Source: Veleropilina oligotropha (taxonomy: Eukaryota). Taken from it: 64,000 bases of DNA. The notes under the pieces were generated by a model. That model made no database searches and was not told the origin of the DNA. It saw nothing but the letters and a program-made list of their open reading frames with translations. Both the position numbers and the translations under genes were made by a program. Below, piece by piece: positions 12,228 to 23,354 of the stretch (within the stretch, counting starts at the first letter, position 1; the number at the start of each line of letters is the position of its first letter). The stretch lies in the NCBI GenBank assembly GCA_048128005.1, contig JBEUKZ010000096.1, positions 124,001 through 188,000 of the forward strand, read 5' to 3'.

Positions 12228-12679
12228 ACAATTATCAATTATAACATATTGTAAGGAGCGATATCTGTTTGAACGATGTGACATGTGGTGTATTCGCCAG
12301 TAATACATTACCCAGATATGTCACGGAATATCCTAGTGCATACATCGTCAATACAGATCCATTGCCCGGACCAGGAAAACATTGGATCGCAATCCTATTT
12401 TTAAATGATGGACATGCCGAATTCATGGATAGTTTAGGAAAAGCACCGGAACATTATGGCCTAAAATCGTTTATTGCAAGAAATTCGAATCACTATTCGT
12501 GGATAAAAAATAAAATTCAATCCTCGGGTTCTAATTTGTGTGGCTTATACGTACTGTATTTTATCGTGATGAGATTATGTTTTGATGTATCGTTGGATAA
12601 CATGTGTAGTGATTTTAGTCAAAATTTCGTAGAAAATGACGATTTTGTAGCTACGTTTATTCATTCGTTGTATTTATAA
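12224..12679 (+). pseudogene. Adenain-like cysteine maturation protease; premature TAA at codon 7 (12242-12244)
   Basis: ATG overlaps the MCP stop (ATGA). IVNTDP..PGKHWIA, FMDSLG and IQS..SNLCG supply the H/D/Q/C catalytic set. AATAAA at 12678. Confidence 0.88.
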
Positions 12680-12761
12680 TAAAACTTGATAATGCATCTT
12701 TGTGTTTGTTTTCCCATAAAAAGAGAATGCACTTCATTTTGGTATTCACTTGCAACGAAAC

Positions 12762-13385
12762 ATGTCGTCTGAAGCTTTACTAAAATTTGTGTCTCCAGCC
12801 ACTATCATGATTAGTGGATGTACACAATCAGGTAAAACGGCTTTTACAAAAAGATTGCTCGAACATGATATGTTTACGACGCCTCCCGACAAAATCGTTT
12901 ATGCATACTCCGAATATCAGCCAATCTTTGACACCATGGAGGGTGTCATATTTCATCACGGATTGCCGACGAAAGAAGATATAGAAATGTATGCTGACGG
13001 TCATATGGTGCTTGTACTGGATGACTTGATGTTACGAATTGTCCAATCACAAGAGTACTTACATTTATTTACTGTGACGTCACATCACAGGAATATAACG
13101 TGCATATTTTTGACGCAAAATATGTACCCCCCTGGCAAATATGCTCGTAGCATCTCTTTAAATTGTACTTATGTAATCTTGTTCAGAAATCTTCGCGACA
13201 GCAGACAAATTATTACCTTCGGTTCTCAGATTTTGCCGGGTCAATCTGCTTATTTCAAAGATGCGTACGATAAAGCAACTGCTTTCAAATTTTCCTATCT
13301 TCTGATCGATTTATCAGATAGTCAGTATCGACTACGTACGCGTATATTTCCAGGTGAAGATTGCATCGTATATAAATCGCTATAA
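12762..13385 (+). CDS. FtsK/HerA (A32-like) genome-packaging ATPase
   Basis: Walker A SGCTQSGKT, Walker B VLVLDD, SHHRN, IFLTQN, RSISLNC. Confidence 0.92.
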   Translation: MSSEALLKFVSPATIMISGCTQSGKTAFTKRLLEHDMFTTPPDKIVYAYSEYQPIFDTMEGVIFHHGLPTKEDIEMYADGHMVLVLDDLMLRIVQSQEYLHLFTVTSHHRNITCIFLTQNMYPPGKYARSISLNCTYVILFRNLRDSRQIITFGSQILPGQSAYFKDAYDKATAFKFSYLLIDLSDSQYRLRTRIFPGEDCIVYKSL

Positions 13386-13424
13386 ATCATCGTTACCAAA
13401 CCGATATGCATCATTGTTCTAATA

Positions 13425-13739
13425 ATGATTGACACGATAAGAACACACTCCACCTTCCTAAAGTTAATATTTAATAGTAGTCCGAGACAACGTAATGCAT
13501 TGATTAAACATATAAGTGCTGCTCAACTGAAGACATTATCGCAAGTTGCTATGAATATATTGAAGGGACATTTAAAACTGACTCTGGATTATATAAATAA
13601 ACTAAAACCATATAAAAGAATCATTTTGCTGTTGGCAAGCAAAGGCATCAGTCCGAAAAGAAAAAAAGTATCGTTACTGAAGCATCCGGTGGTGATACGG
13701 TTATTATTAAAACCTATTATACCGTTACTCGATGGCTAA
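13425..13739 (+). CDS. Conserved small basic, amphipathic Polinton protein (PW-like)
   Basis: Pattern RNALIKH...QVAMNILKG.L.L...KLKPYKRII..LASK..S.KRKK..L, as seen in small Maverick proteins. Confidence 0.7.
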   Translation: MIDTIRTHSTFLKLIFNSSPRQRNALIKHISAAQLKTLSQVAMNILKGHLKLTLDYINKLKPYKRIILLLASKGISPKRKKVSLLKHPVVIRLLLKPIIPLLDG

Positions 13740-14007
13740 GGAATTTATATTATTAGACAAGTCTCGATACGATGCATTTTGCCGTAAAGAATCCTCTGGA
13801 GAGTCGGTTATCGCTTCATCGGAAAAGCCCAAATCTAACCAACCTATCGAAGTCGGTACTTCGTCTGAGAATCACATTACGAGGGACGACGTTATGAAAA
13901 TAATCAAAGATATCGTGTATCAAGACGGCTCGGGGGGAGTGCGTGGAAGGCTGATCAAAGGACCGCCCGGAAATCGTGAAGAACAATTTCGATTCTTACC
14001 ATATTAA
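13732..14007 (+). CDS. Polinton hypothetical protein (91 aa)
   Basis: ATG overlaps the previous ORF; followed by AATAAA at 14020; contains QDGSGG. Confidence 0.55.
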   Translation: MAKEFILLDKSRYDAFCRKESSGESVIASSEKPKSNQPIEVGTSSENHITRDDVMKIIKDIVYQDGSGGVRGRLIKGPPGNREEQFRFLPY

Positions 14008-14124
14008 TGTATAATTCTGAATAAAAAATATGAACACAGTTTATTGAGTCGTATTATACAATATGTAATACAATAAATATATAGTTATAACGATACATTG
14101 ATCGCCCGTATCCAATATTTGTCT

Positions 14125-14665
14125 AGAATATTCTGCACAAATACGAAATAATATTTACATATTATTTTCACCGACAATAAATATTAACAAATTTTTGATC
14201 AGAAACAAAAATTATTAACGAGAATTTCACAAATGCATATAAATAAAACGTATGCAATATACGTTGATTCCAAGAATATTCTGTACAAAAATGATCAAAC
14301 ACGATAATTATTTACATATTATTTTCACCGACAATAAATATTAACAAATTTTTGATCAGAAACAAAAATTATTAACAAGAATTTCACAAATGCATATAAA
14401 TAAAACGTATGCAATATACATTGATTCCAAGAATATTCTGTACAAAAATGATCAATCACGATAATTATTTACATATTATTTTCACCGACAATAAATATTA
14501 ACAAATTTTTGATCAGAAACAAAAATTATTAACAAGAATTTCACAAAATGCATATAAATAAAACGTATGCAATATACATTGATTCCAAGAATATTCTGTA
14601 CAAAAATGATCAAACACGATAATTATTTACAAAATATTTTCTCCCACGTACAAATATTAACAAAA
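14125..14665. repeat. ~157-bp AT-rich tandem repeat (3 full copies plus partials) inside the Polinton, followed by (GA)n at ~14713-14738
   Basis: Unit start tttaca(t/a)a recurs at 14154, 14311, 14468 and 14626. Confidence 0.9.
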
Positions 14666-14873
14666 TTTATCAACAACACACAAAATGAATAGTTAACATG
14701 ACTTGTACAAATGAGAGAGAGAGAGAGAGAGAGAGAGATAACAATAATTTACAGAATTTACAGTTTATCGGAATTCATTTTCACAGAAAATCATAGCATG
14801 ACGTCAAAATAAACGATTCATTAAACAAAGTATTTACATATTAAACAAGCATATGTGTTAATACTAATCAAAT

Positions 14874-17800
14874 TTAATATCCATATGGTACGGTGTCAAG
14901 GTTAGGTAAAATGACACGTTTTGTGTAAACCATTCGATACTTTTTATTCTCAACACGATTGTAAAGCTTGCGTTTCAATTTATTGTGGCATATTTTACGG
15001 GGATTGGTTACAATTATGGAACCTCGCGAGTTTGTGACCAAATCTTTGATAGCATCGAAGTTGATAAGCTTGCTGTTGGTGTAATTTAACGAGAATCCAC
15101 GGACTTTACAGATCTCCCTGTTAGTGTTAGTACGAAAGGCGTAATTTTTGGGCCCTCCCGAAATAAATTCCACGATGAATTCATCATTTTCCAGTTCGTT
15201 CGTCAAGTCACCCAGATAATCACCCAGTGGTATGTCGACTTTGCCAGGTCCTGTCACGTAAATCACTGAATCGGTATCGAAATATAATACGTTTCTATCG
15301 ATTCGTTCGATTACATCATATAATTTCAGTCGGGCCCAACAAGTCGTGAACGAGGCTATATAAATATTCGCTTTGTCGTTGCTGGGAATGCAAGATCTCT
15401 TGTGCATGTATTCTAGCAGTAGCATGTCAGGGGAGATAATGTGGAAATTTAGAATTTCCTTACTCTGGTCAAACAGAAAGTGAAAGAATTTTTCTGCTTC
15501 GGACTCGTGGATAATTTCTGTCTGTCTGTAGTTAAGACGCTGTCCGTACTTTCCCCAGAAGCTGTTCAGACAAAGTTTCGATAAAGCTCTTAACCCCGGA
15601 TTTTTCCGAATACAATCCACGTCAAGGTCAATGTGCTCATTTTCTGCATAATTGTCAATGTACCTTTTGACATCGTCAGAGTTTTCAACCCATGCTGGAA
15701 ACCCACTGGCTTCTTGCTTCAATTTTAAGAAAGTATTTATGTATCCGGTAAACAATCCACCTGTGTCAGTGGATGGATCATAGATTGTTGTTTCTGACCA
15801 ATGATAGATTTCATAAATTTTTACGATTTCATATCCCAAACTGACAGCCTTAGATATTTCGGGGGTGCACCAAGTGCCTACAATGGTACGCTCGGCATCG
15901 TTACACAAACAAGGCTTCTGTTGTTCGTTATCTGCACATGTCCTGCATAATGGAAACTTTAATTTGCCATTTGATCTATATGGTAAGACGGGGTGGTAGA
16001 GTTTTCTGGGTGGTAAAATCTTAATTTTAGCCATGCCGAAATATTGGTCAATGTCATTGAAATCGCTGTTGATAATTTCGGGAAAACCGACGGGATATTT
16101 TGAGTATTTCTGAACGGCCGGATAGAGGCTTGTAAAATCGATATATTTGATTTTTTCGTCGTCGGAGATGACGTGATGAAGACGGATAGCATTTGTACGA
16201 CCCCCCAAAGAAGCTGTCACGTGGATCGAGTCGGTCGACCAAGTCAAGAGTTTGAACGAACGCTTGTAAATTTGCATCAGTTTTCAGTTGTTCTCGAAAC
16301 TGGTGTTCCCATATATAACTGTATCGATAGCCAGCCTGTTTGATGAACGCTTCTTTTTTCATTGTCAAGGCATATTTCTCGTTGTGGCTAAGTCCAGTAC
16401 GTTCGTGTTTAACGTTTCTATCGTTATCAAAACATAATCTACACCCGTGATGAAAACAACCGAAGAACTCTAAAATCTCGTTGTTTGCAAACCCGTCGGC
16501 TTTGTACTTTGACCCCCTAAGCTTCTTCTCACCTCCATTTAATGCATGCTGAAAATTAACCCCTTTTTTGCGGGAAATCCACTCCACCCATTGAATAGAA
16601 ATGTTACTGTACTGATCGCCAACGTTGTCATTCACGATCAAGGGGAACAATGTGTTAATAAATTCACTTTCTGTGACTTCGGACAATTCTCCAGTCCATT
16701 TTCCGTCAATTAACACTGTCAATTTTCCGTCTACTTTCTTGGCGGGCAACCATTCATCATCAATCTTAGCGCGCCATGTCTCTTCCAGGAATTTTGTCAT
16801 AAAAATAGCCATGCACGTGGAGGCAATAGTCACGTAATCAAACGGATCGATCCCAACCGACATCTCGCCTGACAGAGATTTTTTTCCAGTCGCATTCGCC
16901 ATCAACTCTCTGAATTTTAAGCATGTCTGTCTCAGTATGTCAACGTCGCTTCTACAGTATTCAAGAATTTCTTTGGCAAAATCGAATTCAGTCATTTTAT
17001 TGTCGTCGTACCATTTCAGAAAGTCAGTCCGATCGTTAGAAGTCATGTAGTCGACACCGTAGAATTTAGGTTCTGGGAGAGGACCCACGTAATTTTGATT
17101 ATCACGCGTATTGAACATGAAAGGAAACGCCCCTTTCTTTAACTCTGTGAACCCGAAAGCTTTGGGGAAAGCTGCTAATTTCATTGGCAAAAAATTTAGA
17201 CTGTCTATAAGTCGAATGTTCAAGCCTCTTTCGATAGACATGTACATAATTTTTGTACCGTTGTAAATTATTTTATCGGGACGAATAGATTGATCGATTA
17301 AATATTCTAATAAGAAGATGCAGTCGTACGATTTGGAGTTATGGGCGAGGGCGATCGTATTCTTATGGGCAGGTGTAAATAACCATTTACCAAAATCTTT
17401 GGCTGTATTGTCGCCCCGAAAAATGACTTCGCGTTTTCCACAAGTATCGGGGCAAGGCAGACCCTTAAATGTCTTATCAAAGCATTTAGTGCATCGTGTA
17501 CCGCACGAGTGACATGTTGAGTCGGGATTAATCTTGTCGTTCATACAATTGGTACAAGCGGAATGCGCAACAACAAAATTTGGAACATGAATTGGGCGTC
17601 CGCATAGGGAATCATTACAATTTGTACAACGACCGCCATTTGGTTCATAACCCAACTGGCATTGAAACAAATCATTCTGCGTACATTCGTAATCATAAAA
17701 TATAAATTTCTTAATTTCGACATCTGCTGTTTGTTTTTTAGCTCTGACGAAACACGTGTGGTTGTCAATAACATAAGCATTACAATTTCGACATAATCGT

Positions 17801-19356
17801 TCGTAACATACATGCTCAGAAATTTTACGCTTATTCGTATTCATTACTGCATAACAAACTTTGCATTTAAACCAAGTATCGCATTGAGAATTACTAATTT
17901 GTTTGTTTTGCTTTTTGCAAACAGTAATTATCTCTTCTTTCTGATGTCGGTCAAAACAAGCAGACGATCGACATGTCATGTGACATTTGATGCACGACAT
18001 TTCTCTATCTGATGACTGACAGTCCTTTTTGCACGTTAAACATTTTTTACTACAAGAGTGCCTTTCACGGTTTGAATAGGGTTTCATGCATTCATCACAG
18101 AAATAACCACAGCTAAAAAACCCAGCGATTTTTGTAATTACGTTGAAATGTCCGGAATCTTCGTTTTGTACATAATACAGATAAATATTTTGCCTATTGC
18201 TCACATTCGATTTCGTCATGAATTTATTCCCCAAACGGGCACTCACAACATTGATATTAAGTTGAAGAATTCGTTCGAATTCCGGTATATTATGTATTCC
18301 TAATGGTTCATCAATGGGGACATCGGCTAATCTACAGAGTTCTAGTGCGAATCGCTTCTGAATTTTACAATTTGGTCTTTTTAACGACCGATAATATCTG
18401 GTTGGTACTTTTCCGACTTTCAAATTTTTTTCTTGAATATCGCAATCAAATAGATCTTTTGTTAGTTCGTTAAATTCTCGGTCTGGTATTTTGTTCATAA
18501 ATGCCCAACCAACCGCAATGGCTCGAGGAAGACATAATGTATCGTCATTCACGATTTGTACGATACTTCTTTTAAGTTTTATGGACTCATCCGCATCAGT
18601 GATGTAAACTTTTCCAGTACCAGTGGGTCTATGAATGATACCGATGTTGATCACGAACCCGTCATCCACGCTCAGATTTTCGTAACTCTGTAGCGTTTTT
18701 TCGATGCCCGACATTATGGACTCTGCAGTTAATTCATTTATTGGCTTTAATGGGATTACAATGGCATCGTTAAGCGATGGAGATTTTATTATAACACGAC
18801 CCAGGTCCGAATTATTGGTTCCACGTGTTGACTCCGTTATTACGTCATCAAACATCATGGTTAAGTCCTTGAGAATATCAGCTATTTTCTGCCCTTGCCA
18901 AAATGCTGAATCTAAATTTACTTTATATGTTATTTCGCGAGCTGCATCTTTTCTAAAAGTACGTTCGCTAACTTTTTCTAGAATATATGGCTTGTCTGTA
19001 CCAGCCCCATATTGAACGTCGGGCGAATCAGGGCACATTATGTCAAAAACCCTATCGTTGACTTTTGCTTTCGTGGGCGTATCCATATATCTACCGTATT
19101 CTATCAATCGATCGACTTCGGTAAAACTTTGTATAATTTCCTGACTGTTGGGGAAATCGTCAGACAATTGTTCTTGGGATAAAAATAAATCAACTTCATC
19201 ACTCACCTCAGGAAACTGAGACATATTGTTAATAACACATGATGAATTGTTTTTGGTTCGCTTTGAACACGAAGGAATTGGTTCTTCTTCCAAAACGATG
19301 TTCGACGGTGCGACGGGCGTCTTCATCATTTCAGTAACCTGCGATTCCGGACATAA
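14874..19356 (-). pseudogene. Protein-primed family B DNA polymerase, main exon (terminal-protein region, OTU-like, Zn-finger, exonuclease, Vsr-like insert, polymerase); +1 frameshift at 16201-16206
   Basis: ExoI FYDYECTQ, ExoII AHNSKSYD, ExoIII YCRSDVDIL, LDPRDSFFGG|RTNA, motif A YIDFTSLYP, B KLCLNSFWGKYGQ, C YFDTDSV. One extra G in a G6 run separates the 1091-aa and 467-aa ORFs. Confidence 0.96.
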
Positions 19357-19428
19357 CTGGAATATTAATAATATAGATAGTATTAATGTTATTATATTTT
19401 TTCAATGTATTTTACGTGTAACATGTGT

Positions 19429-19506
<78 letters not shown>

Positions 19507-19590
19507 TACTGGATTTTATAGAGGTTATCTGAACCTTCGGCGATTTCGTATATGAAAACATTTTGTTACATATCAAATATAACTTAGGCG

Positions 19591-19741
19591 GCCGTCGGAG
19601 AAGACAGTATTGCAAGTCTATGCGTGTTGGCGAACATGTCAACGCTAGCATACATTCCAATCACCGCAGGGGATTCTCAGTGCATGCCATGCTAGAAACG
19701 TTGACCTCTGGTGGAGGGCAGTGATGCAGGACCCCGGCGGC
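19591..19741 (+). ncRNA. Candidate structured RNA element (GC-rich, multi-stem) inside the Polinton
   Basis: Terminal stem GCCGTCGG/CCGGCGGC, central stem GTCAACG-CTAGCAT/ATGCTAG-aaa-CGTTGAC and several small hairpins; G-U pairs favour the + strand. No expression evidence. Confidence 0.3.
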
Positions 19742-19812
19742 ATATATCATATTATTTATAATTGCATAATTATTGTGGAATTAAATAGCGAGAAAAAAAT
19801 CATTTCACATAC

Positions 19813-20212
19813 CATAGGAAATTCAGAGAGGTCGTTCGCCATCATTTCTATGTTAGAAGTATCGTATTCATCCGTACTCGGCGTCGCAATGGTTGTATTA
19901 ATACTCGGGGTTACTTGTGTCTCCTGCCACAACTGAAAACATAAGTATACTATCATTATTTTATTTATCGCATTTTTCAATGTATTTTCATGTAAAAAGT
20001 GTAAATTTATATACCCTAGCATAGAAGAAATCATATATCGACAAATATTTATCTCACATACCGTAGTTAATTCTGTAAGCTCGTTCATCAGCGTTTCTAA
20101 CTCATATTCCGAGGAAATGCAGTCGTTATTGGGACTCTCCGAAAAAATATCGTCAAACAGCTGTAAATCGTCGTCCATAATTATCTCAGGAATTAACTGA
20201 AAATAAATAAAA

Positions 20213-20245
<33 letters not shown>

Positions 20246-20496
20246 TAATTTTTTTTTTACATATTGTACATAATAAATAAATAAAAATATCATATTTTTA
20301 TTTCACTTACCAATGGGGATTCCGTAATATCGCGAAGTAATGAATCATCCTCGTTGGTTGTTAACGATGGCGCTGATAATTCGTTTATTCGTGCCATAAT
20401 AACAGGTTCTTCTATAACGTTCATAATCGTTGCAAAATTTACCAGTTCCTCTACGTCAGTTAATTCGCATATCGAACGTAACCAAGCGTCATTCAT
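19813..20496 (-). CDS. Three predicted phase-0 coding exons upstream of pPolB (20496-20311, 20196-20062, 19932-19813) giving a 147-aa acidic N-terminal extension
   Basis: Each exon is bounded by (T)nyAG acceptors and GTAAGT/GTATGT donors; lengths 186, 135 and 120 nt with no stops; join in frame to the acceptor before 19356. Confidence 0.7.
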
Positions 20497-20769
20497 CTGT
20501 AAAAATATTATCGTTTATTAAAATAGTTTGATACTAATATACACTACAATTACACCATACTCGATTGTATGATTAAAGTAATTTATGCGTATTTTAATGT
20601 CAACATTACATTTTTATAAATCTATATATCGCTGATGTAGTTATAATATTCAATGTATATTTTATTTATGCATGGGGGTGTGTATTAAACATGCACGTAC
20701 CTATCATAAATAGATATACGAATCATGGATATAACAGACATAAGGTAAGAAATATAAATATGTGCTTAC

Positions 20770-20881
20770 CTTTTCATATAATATGTTCCTTGAAATCGAT
20801 TGAGTTTTCCTTGAATTTGGTGTATAGATGTCTTGATACAGTGGCACAATAATGAGAGCTTATTGATAACACGTATTTATA
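20770..20881 (-). promoter_or_regulatory. Candidate TATA box and non-coding first exon of the pPolB transcript
   Basis: TATAAATA at 20881-20874, Inr-like TCATT ~25 nt downstream, strong donor AAG|GTAAGC at 20770/20769. Confidence 0.55.
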
Positions 20882-20943
20882 ATCTTTAATCTGGTTCGAA
20901 CTGGATTTATCCAGTAATTTCTAGTATTCATTATCAATTATTG

Positions 20944-21315
20944 TTTTGATTGGTTCGTATTAGGCGGGGTAATTCATACTCAACGCCGATTCGTCAAATA
21001 CACGCATAGCAAAACGCAATGTGTCGCACGTACATGAGGGGGGGTATAGGAAAACGCAATGTGTCGCACGCACATGAGGGGGGTATAGGAAAACGCAATG
21101 TGTCGCCCAGTAACGCACATAGAGGAGGTATAGCAAAACGCAATGTGTCGCCCAGTAACGCACATAGGGGAGGTATAGGAAAACGCAATGTGTCGCACAC
21201 ACATGAGGGGGGTATAGGAAAACGCAATGTGTCGCCCAGTAACATAGGTAGGGAAGGTTAGGGTTAGGGTTGGTGTTAGGTTACAAAACATGTAGCTAGA
21301 ATCATATGTACTACT
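20944..21315 (-). repeat. Right terminal inverted repeat of the Polinton
   Basis: Reverse complement of the left TIR except for unit 2, one C-run length and a few substitutions. Confidence 0.95.
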
Positions 21316-21879
21316 AATGTATGAAAAACCACTTTACAAAGTACCAGTTCAATAATATTTTTCACTTGGGTAACTAAACTTCGACCATTGATTAAACAGA
21401 GGAACCCCTTCTCCTAAATTCCTGAAATATGACAAAACCGCTAACGATAATATTATGGCCATGCTGTACGTGTGAAAATCAGTGGAAAGACACCAGAACA
21501 TATTCGATATCCTGAAAGAGTAATTATTTTTGACTAGTTTCAGATAACAATCAAAACAATTTTGGACATGTTTTCATAACATCGGGGTACATTTCCTAGT
21601 GTATATTATTGACACAATGGAAACTTGAATTATGCATGATGCGTTTGACAGTTGTGGCTTGTTGCAGCCGTAAATGTAATGAAAAAACTATAATGCTTAT
21701 TATGCTTGAGGTATCACTGCAACCATAAATGTAATGATTATTATTTTTGATTGCGATGTAATACACCACCAATGATTGAATCGTACTTACATCCGCCTGG
21801 ACAAAAGTTCACCACCAGGTAGCCGATCTTTAATTGTCCATCAACATGATGTTGAACAGTTCAGTAGATCACAAGTCAG

Positions 21880-22720
21880 GGTCATGCGTATCTACCATGA
21901 TCACAGAAACGGTACCCTGAACACGACTCCTCATGCTACATGCATGTCTCTGGATCCTCAAATGTGGGAATCTTTGGCACTCCTCGTGATGTCCCGAATC
22001 ATTGTTTGAACATTGCACGGGAGAATCCCTCCTCACCGTGCAACCCAACATGTGCTCGATGGGGTAGATATATAGGGCTACTTACAGGCCATGATAATGT
22101 TTCTACTGCAGTCTGCAGCAATATGTTTAGTATACTTACGGTGGCATGAAACAATTATAACATTTACGGTTGCAGTGCAATGGTAAATGAAATGATGGCG
22201 AATCTTTGCTATAAACAACGGATATTACCCCATGATTTTTTGTGACGTAATCGCCAATAACGTATAGAGTCGATCGACACGTACCGGGACGACGGCATCA
22301 AACCTCCTATCCTTGCCTCCAGTATGACGTCGGATACGGACCTGTGTAGAGTTTTTCAAAGTCATCGCAGAGTTTGTATACAATTTCTTGCAGATTGGCT
22401 TATGATGTGTCTAGCGTCTGTATCGTCCCATCTATTGTCGGAACCTCGGTCTTTGTTTTCCTCCGAAGCACGTTCGTTCTATTAATTTTTGGCGTTAGAA
22501 TCAGCCACTCAGGGCGGGTGTGTATGTCGTTTCACGGTGTCCTAGACTCGAATATGTACACCCGTCTGAGATGCGCAACAGGATCCTGCTTTTATCCGAT
22601 CAGTGGATATTTGTCCATGTTCCCGAGTTCCAGCCAAGTCTCGCCAAACACCATGCCGAACTGTTCTTGCGGTGAGCATTTGGCATTATAGATTGATCAT
22701 CTTCGGTGAAATTAAACTTG
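21880..22720 (-). mobile_element. Highly degenerate Tc1-family transposase relic
   Basis: Minus-strand remnants AWCLARLGWNSGTWTNIH*SDKSRILLRISDG (cf. W..VLFSDESRF), WPVSSP...PIEH (cf. WPxxSPDLNPIE) and HEECQRFP...SMRSRVQ (cf. EEWxxIP...SMRRR). Confidence 0.55.
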
Positions 22721-23354
22721 CATATCTGAGTTGATCATCAGTGTACATGATGACAACCCTGCACGGAACCCAGTTCTCCTCCAGAAAGGTGATCATCGCG
22801 CTCTGACGTGACACGATGGCATCCAGATCTTGAACTGCGTATAACCTCATTCGTTAGCCGTTGCTTCTGTGCCGATCTGCCGAAAGCCGAATGGCGATGA
22901 CGGATCGGACAACAACCACCTTTTTACGTCATTTTCGCCTTGCCAATTATTCGTACACTATCAATGTCAAATAATCTTCCATGAACCATTTTGGACAATA
23001 ACGAAGACAATAGACTTCGAAATAGTTCAACTGGTAGTCTAATATAACAATTCGCTAGTGGTTTGGTGGACGGGCAAAGAGCAAGCATTCTGTGTGTCAA
23101 TTACTACCAACCGATCACATTGTTACCAAAATGATCTTCGAAATCATTGTCGCGCGACAATGATAAACTTTATCCGGATGTATTCATCTATAGAATATAT
23201 GCGCTTGTGTGGTATATGTTATTTGGACGCACTTGTGGTTATTGATGCTCTTGCATTACGGTGATTCCTTTTCCGACGCAGGAGTACGTGTCCTTTTCAG
23301 ACGCAGGAGTACGTGTCCCTTTGTTGACCAACTTTTCGACGAGTCGGATGCAGA

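Larger units (their letters stand above)
7485..21315. mobile_element. Full-length Polinton/Maverick (adintovirus-like endogenous dsDNA virus), 13,831 bp
   Basis: Termini AGTAGTACATATG / CATATGTACTACT; identical 6-bp TSD AATGTA at 7479-7484 and 21316-21321; ~370-bp TIRs; pPolB, integrase, capsid proteins, protease and ATPase genes all present. Confidence 0.97.

Noticed and set aside
16625..19015. Plus-strand ORFs antisense to pPolB, and similar antisense ORFs over the XPG ORF (53456-55246) and TGase exons
   Set aside because: Shadow frames of real coding sequence with no motifs.
19226..19660. ORFs 19226-19555 (+) and 19412-19660 (-)
   Set aside because: They run through an (AT)n microsatellite producing YI repeats.
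19638..19705. Hammerhead or HDV ribozyme in the structured island
   Set aside because: GAAAC is present, but I could not fit a CUGANGA core or HDV pseudoknot on either strand.
19813..20496. LxCxE (Rb-binding) oncoprotein-like gene
   Set aside because: No LxCxE motif in the predicted leader peptides.
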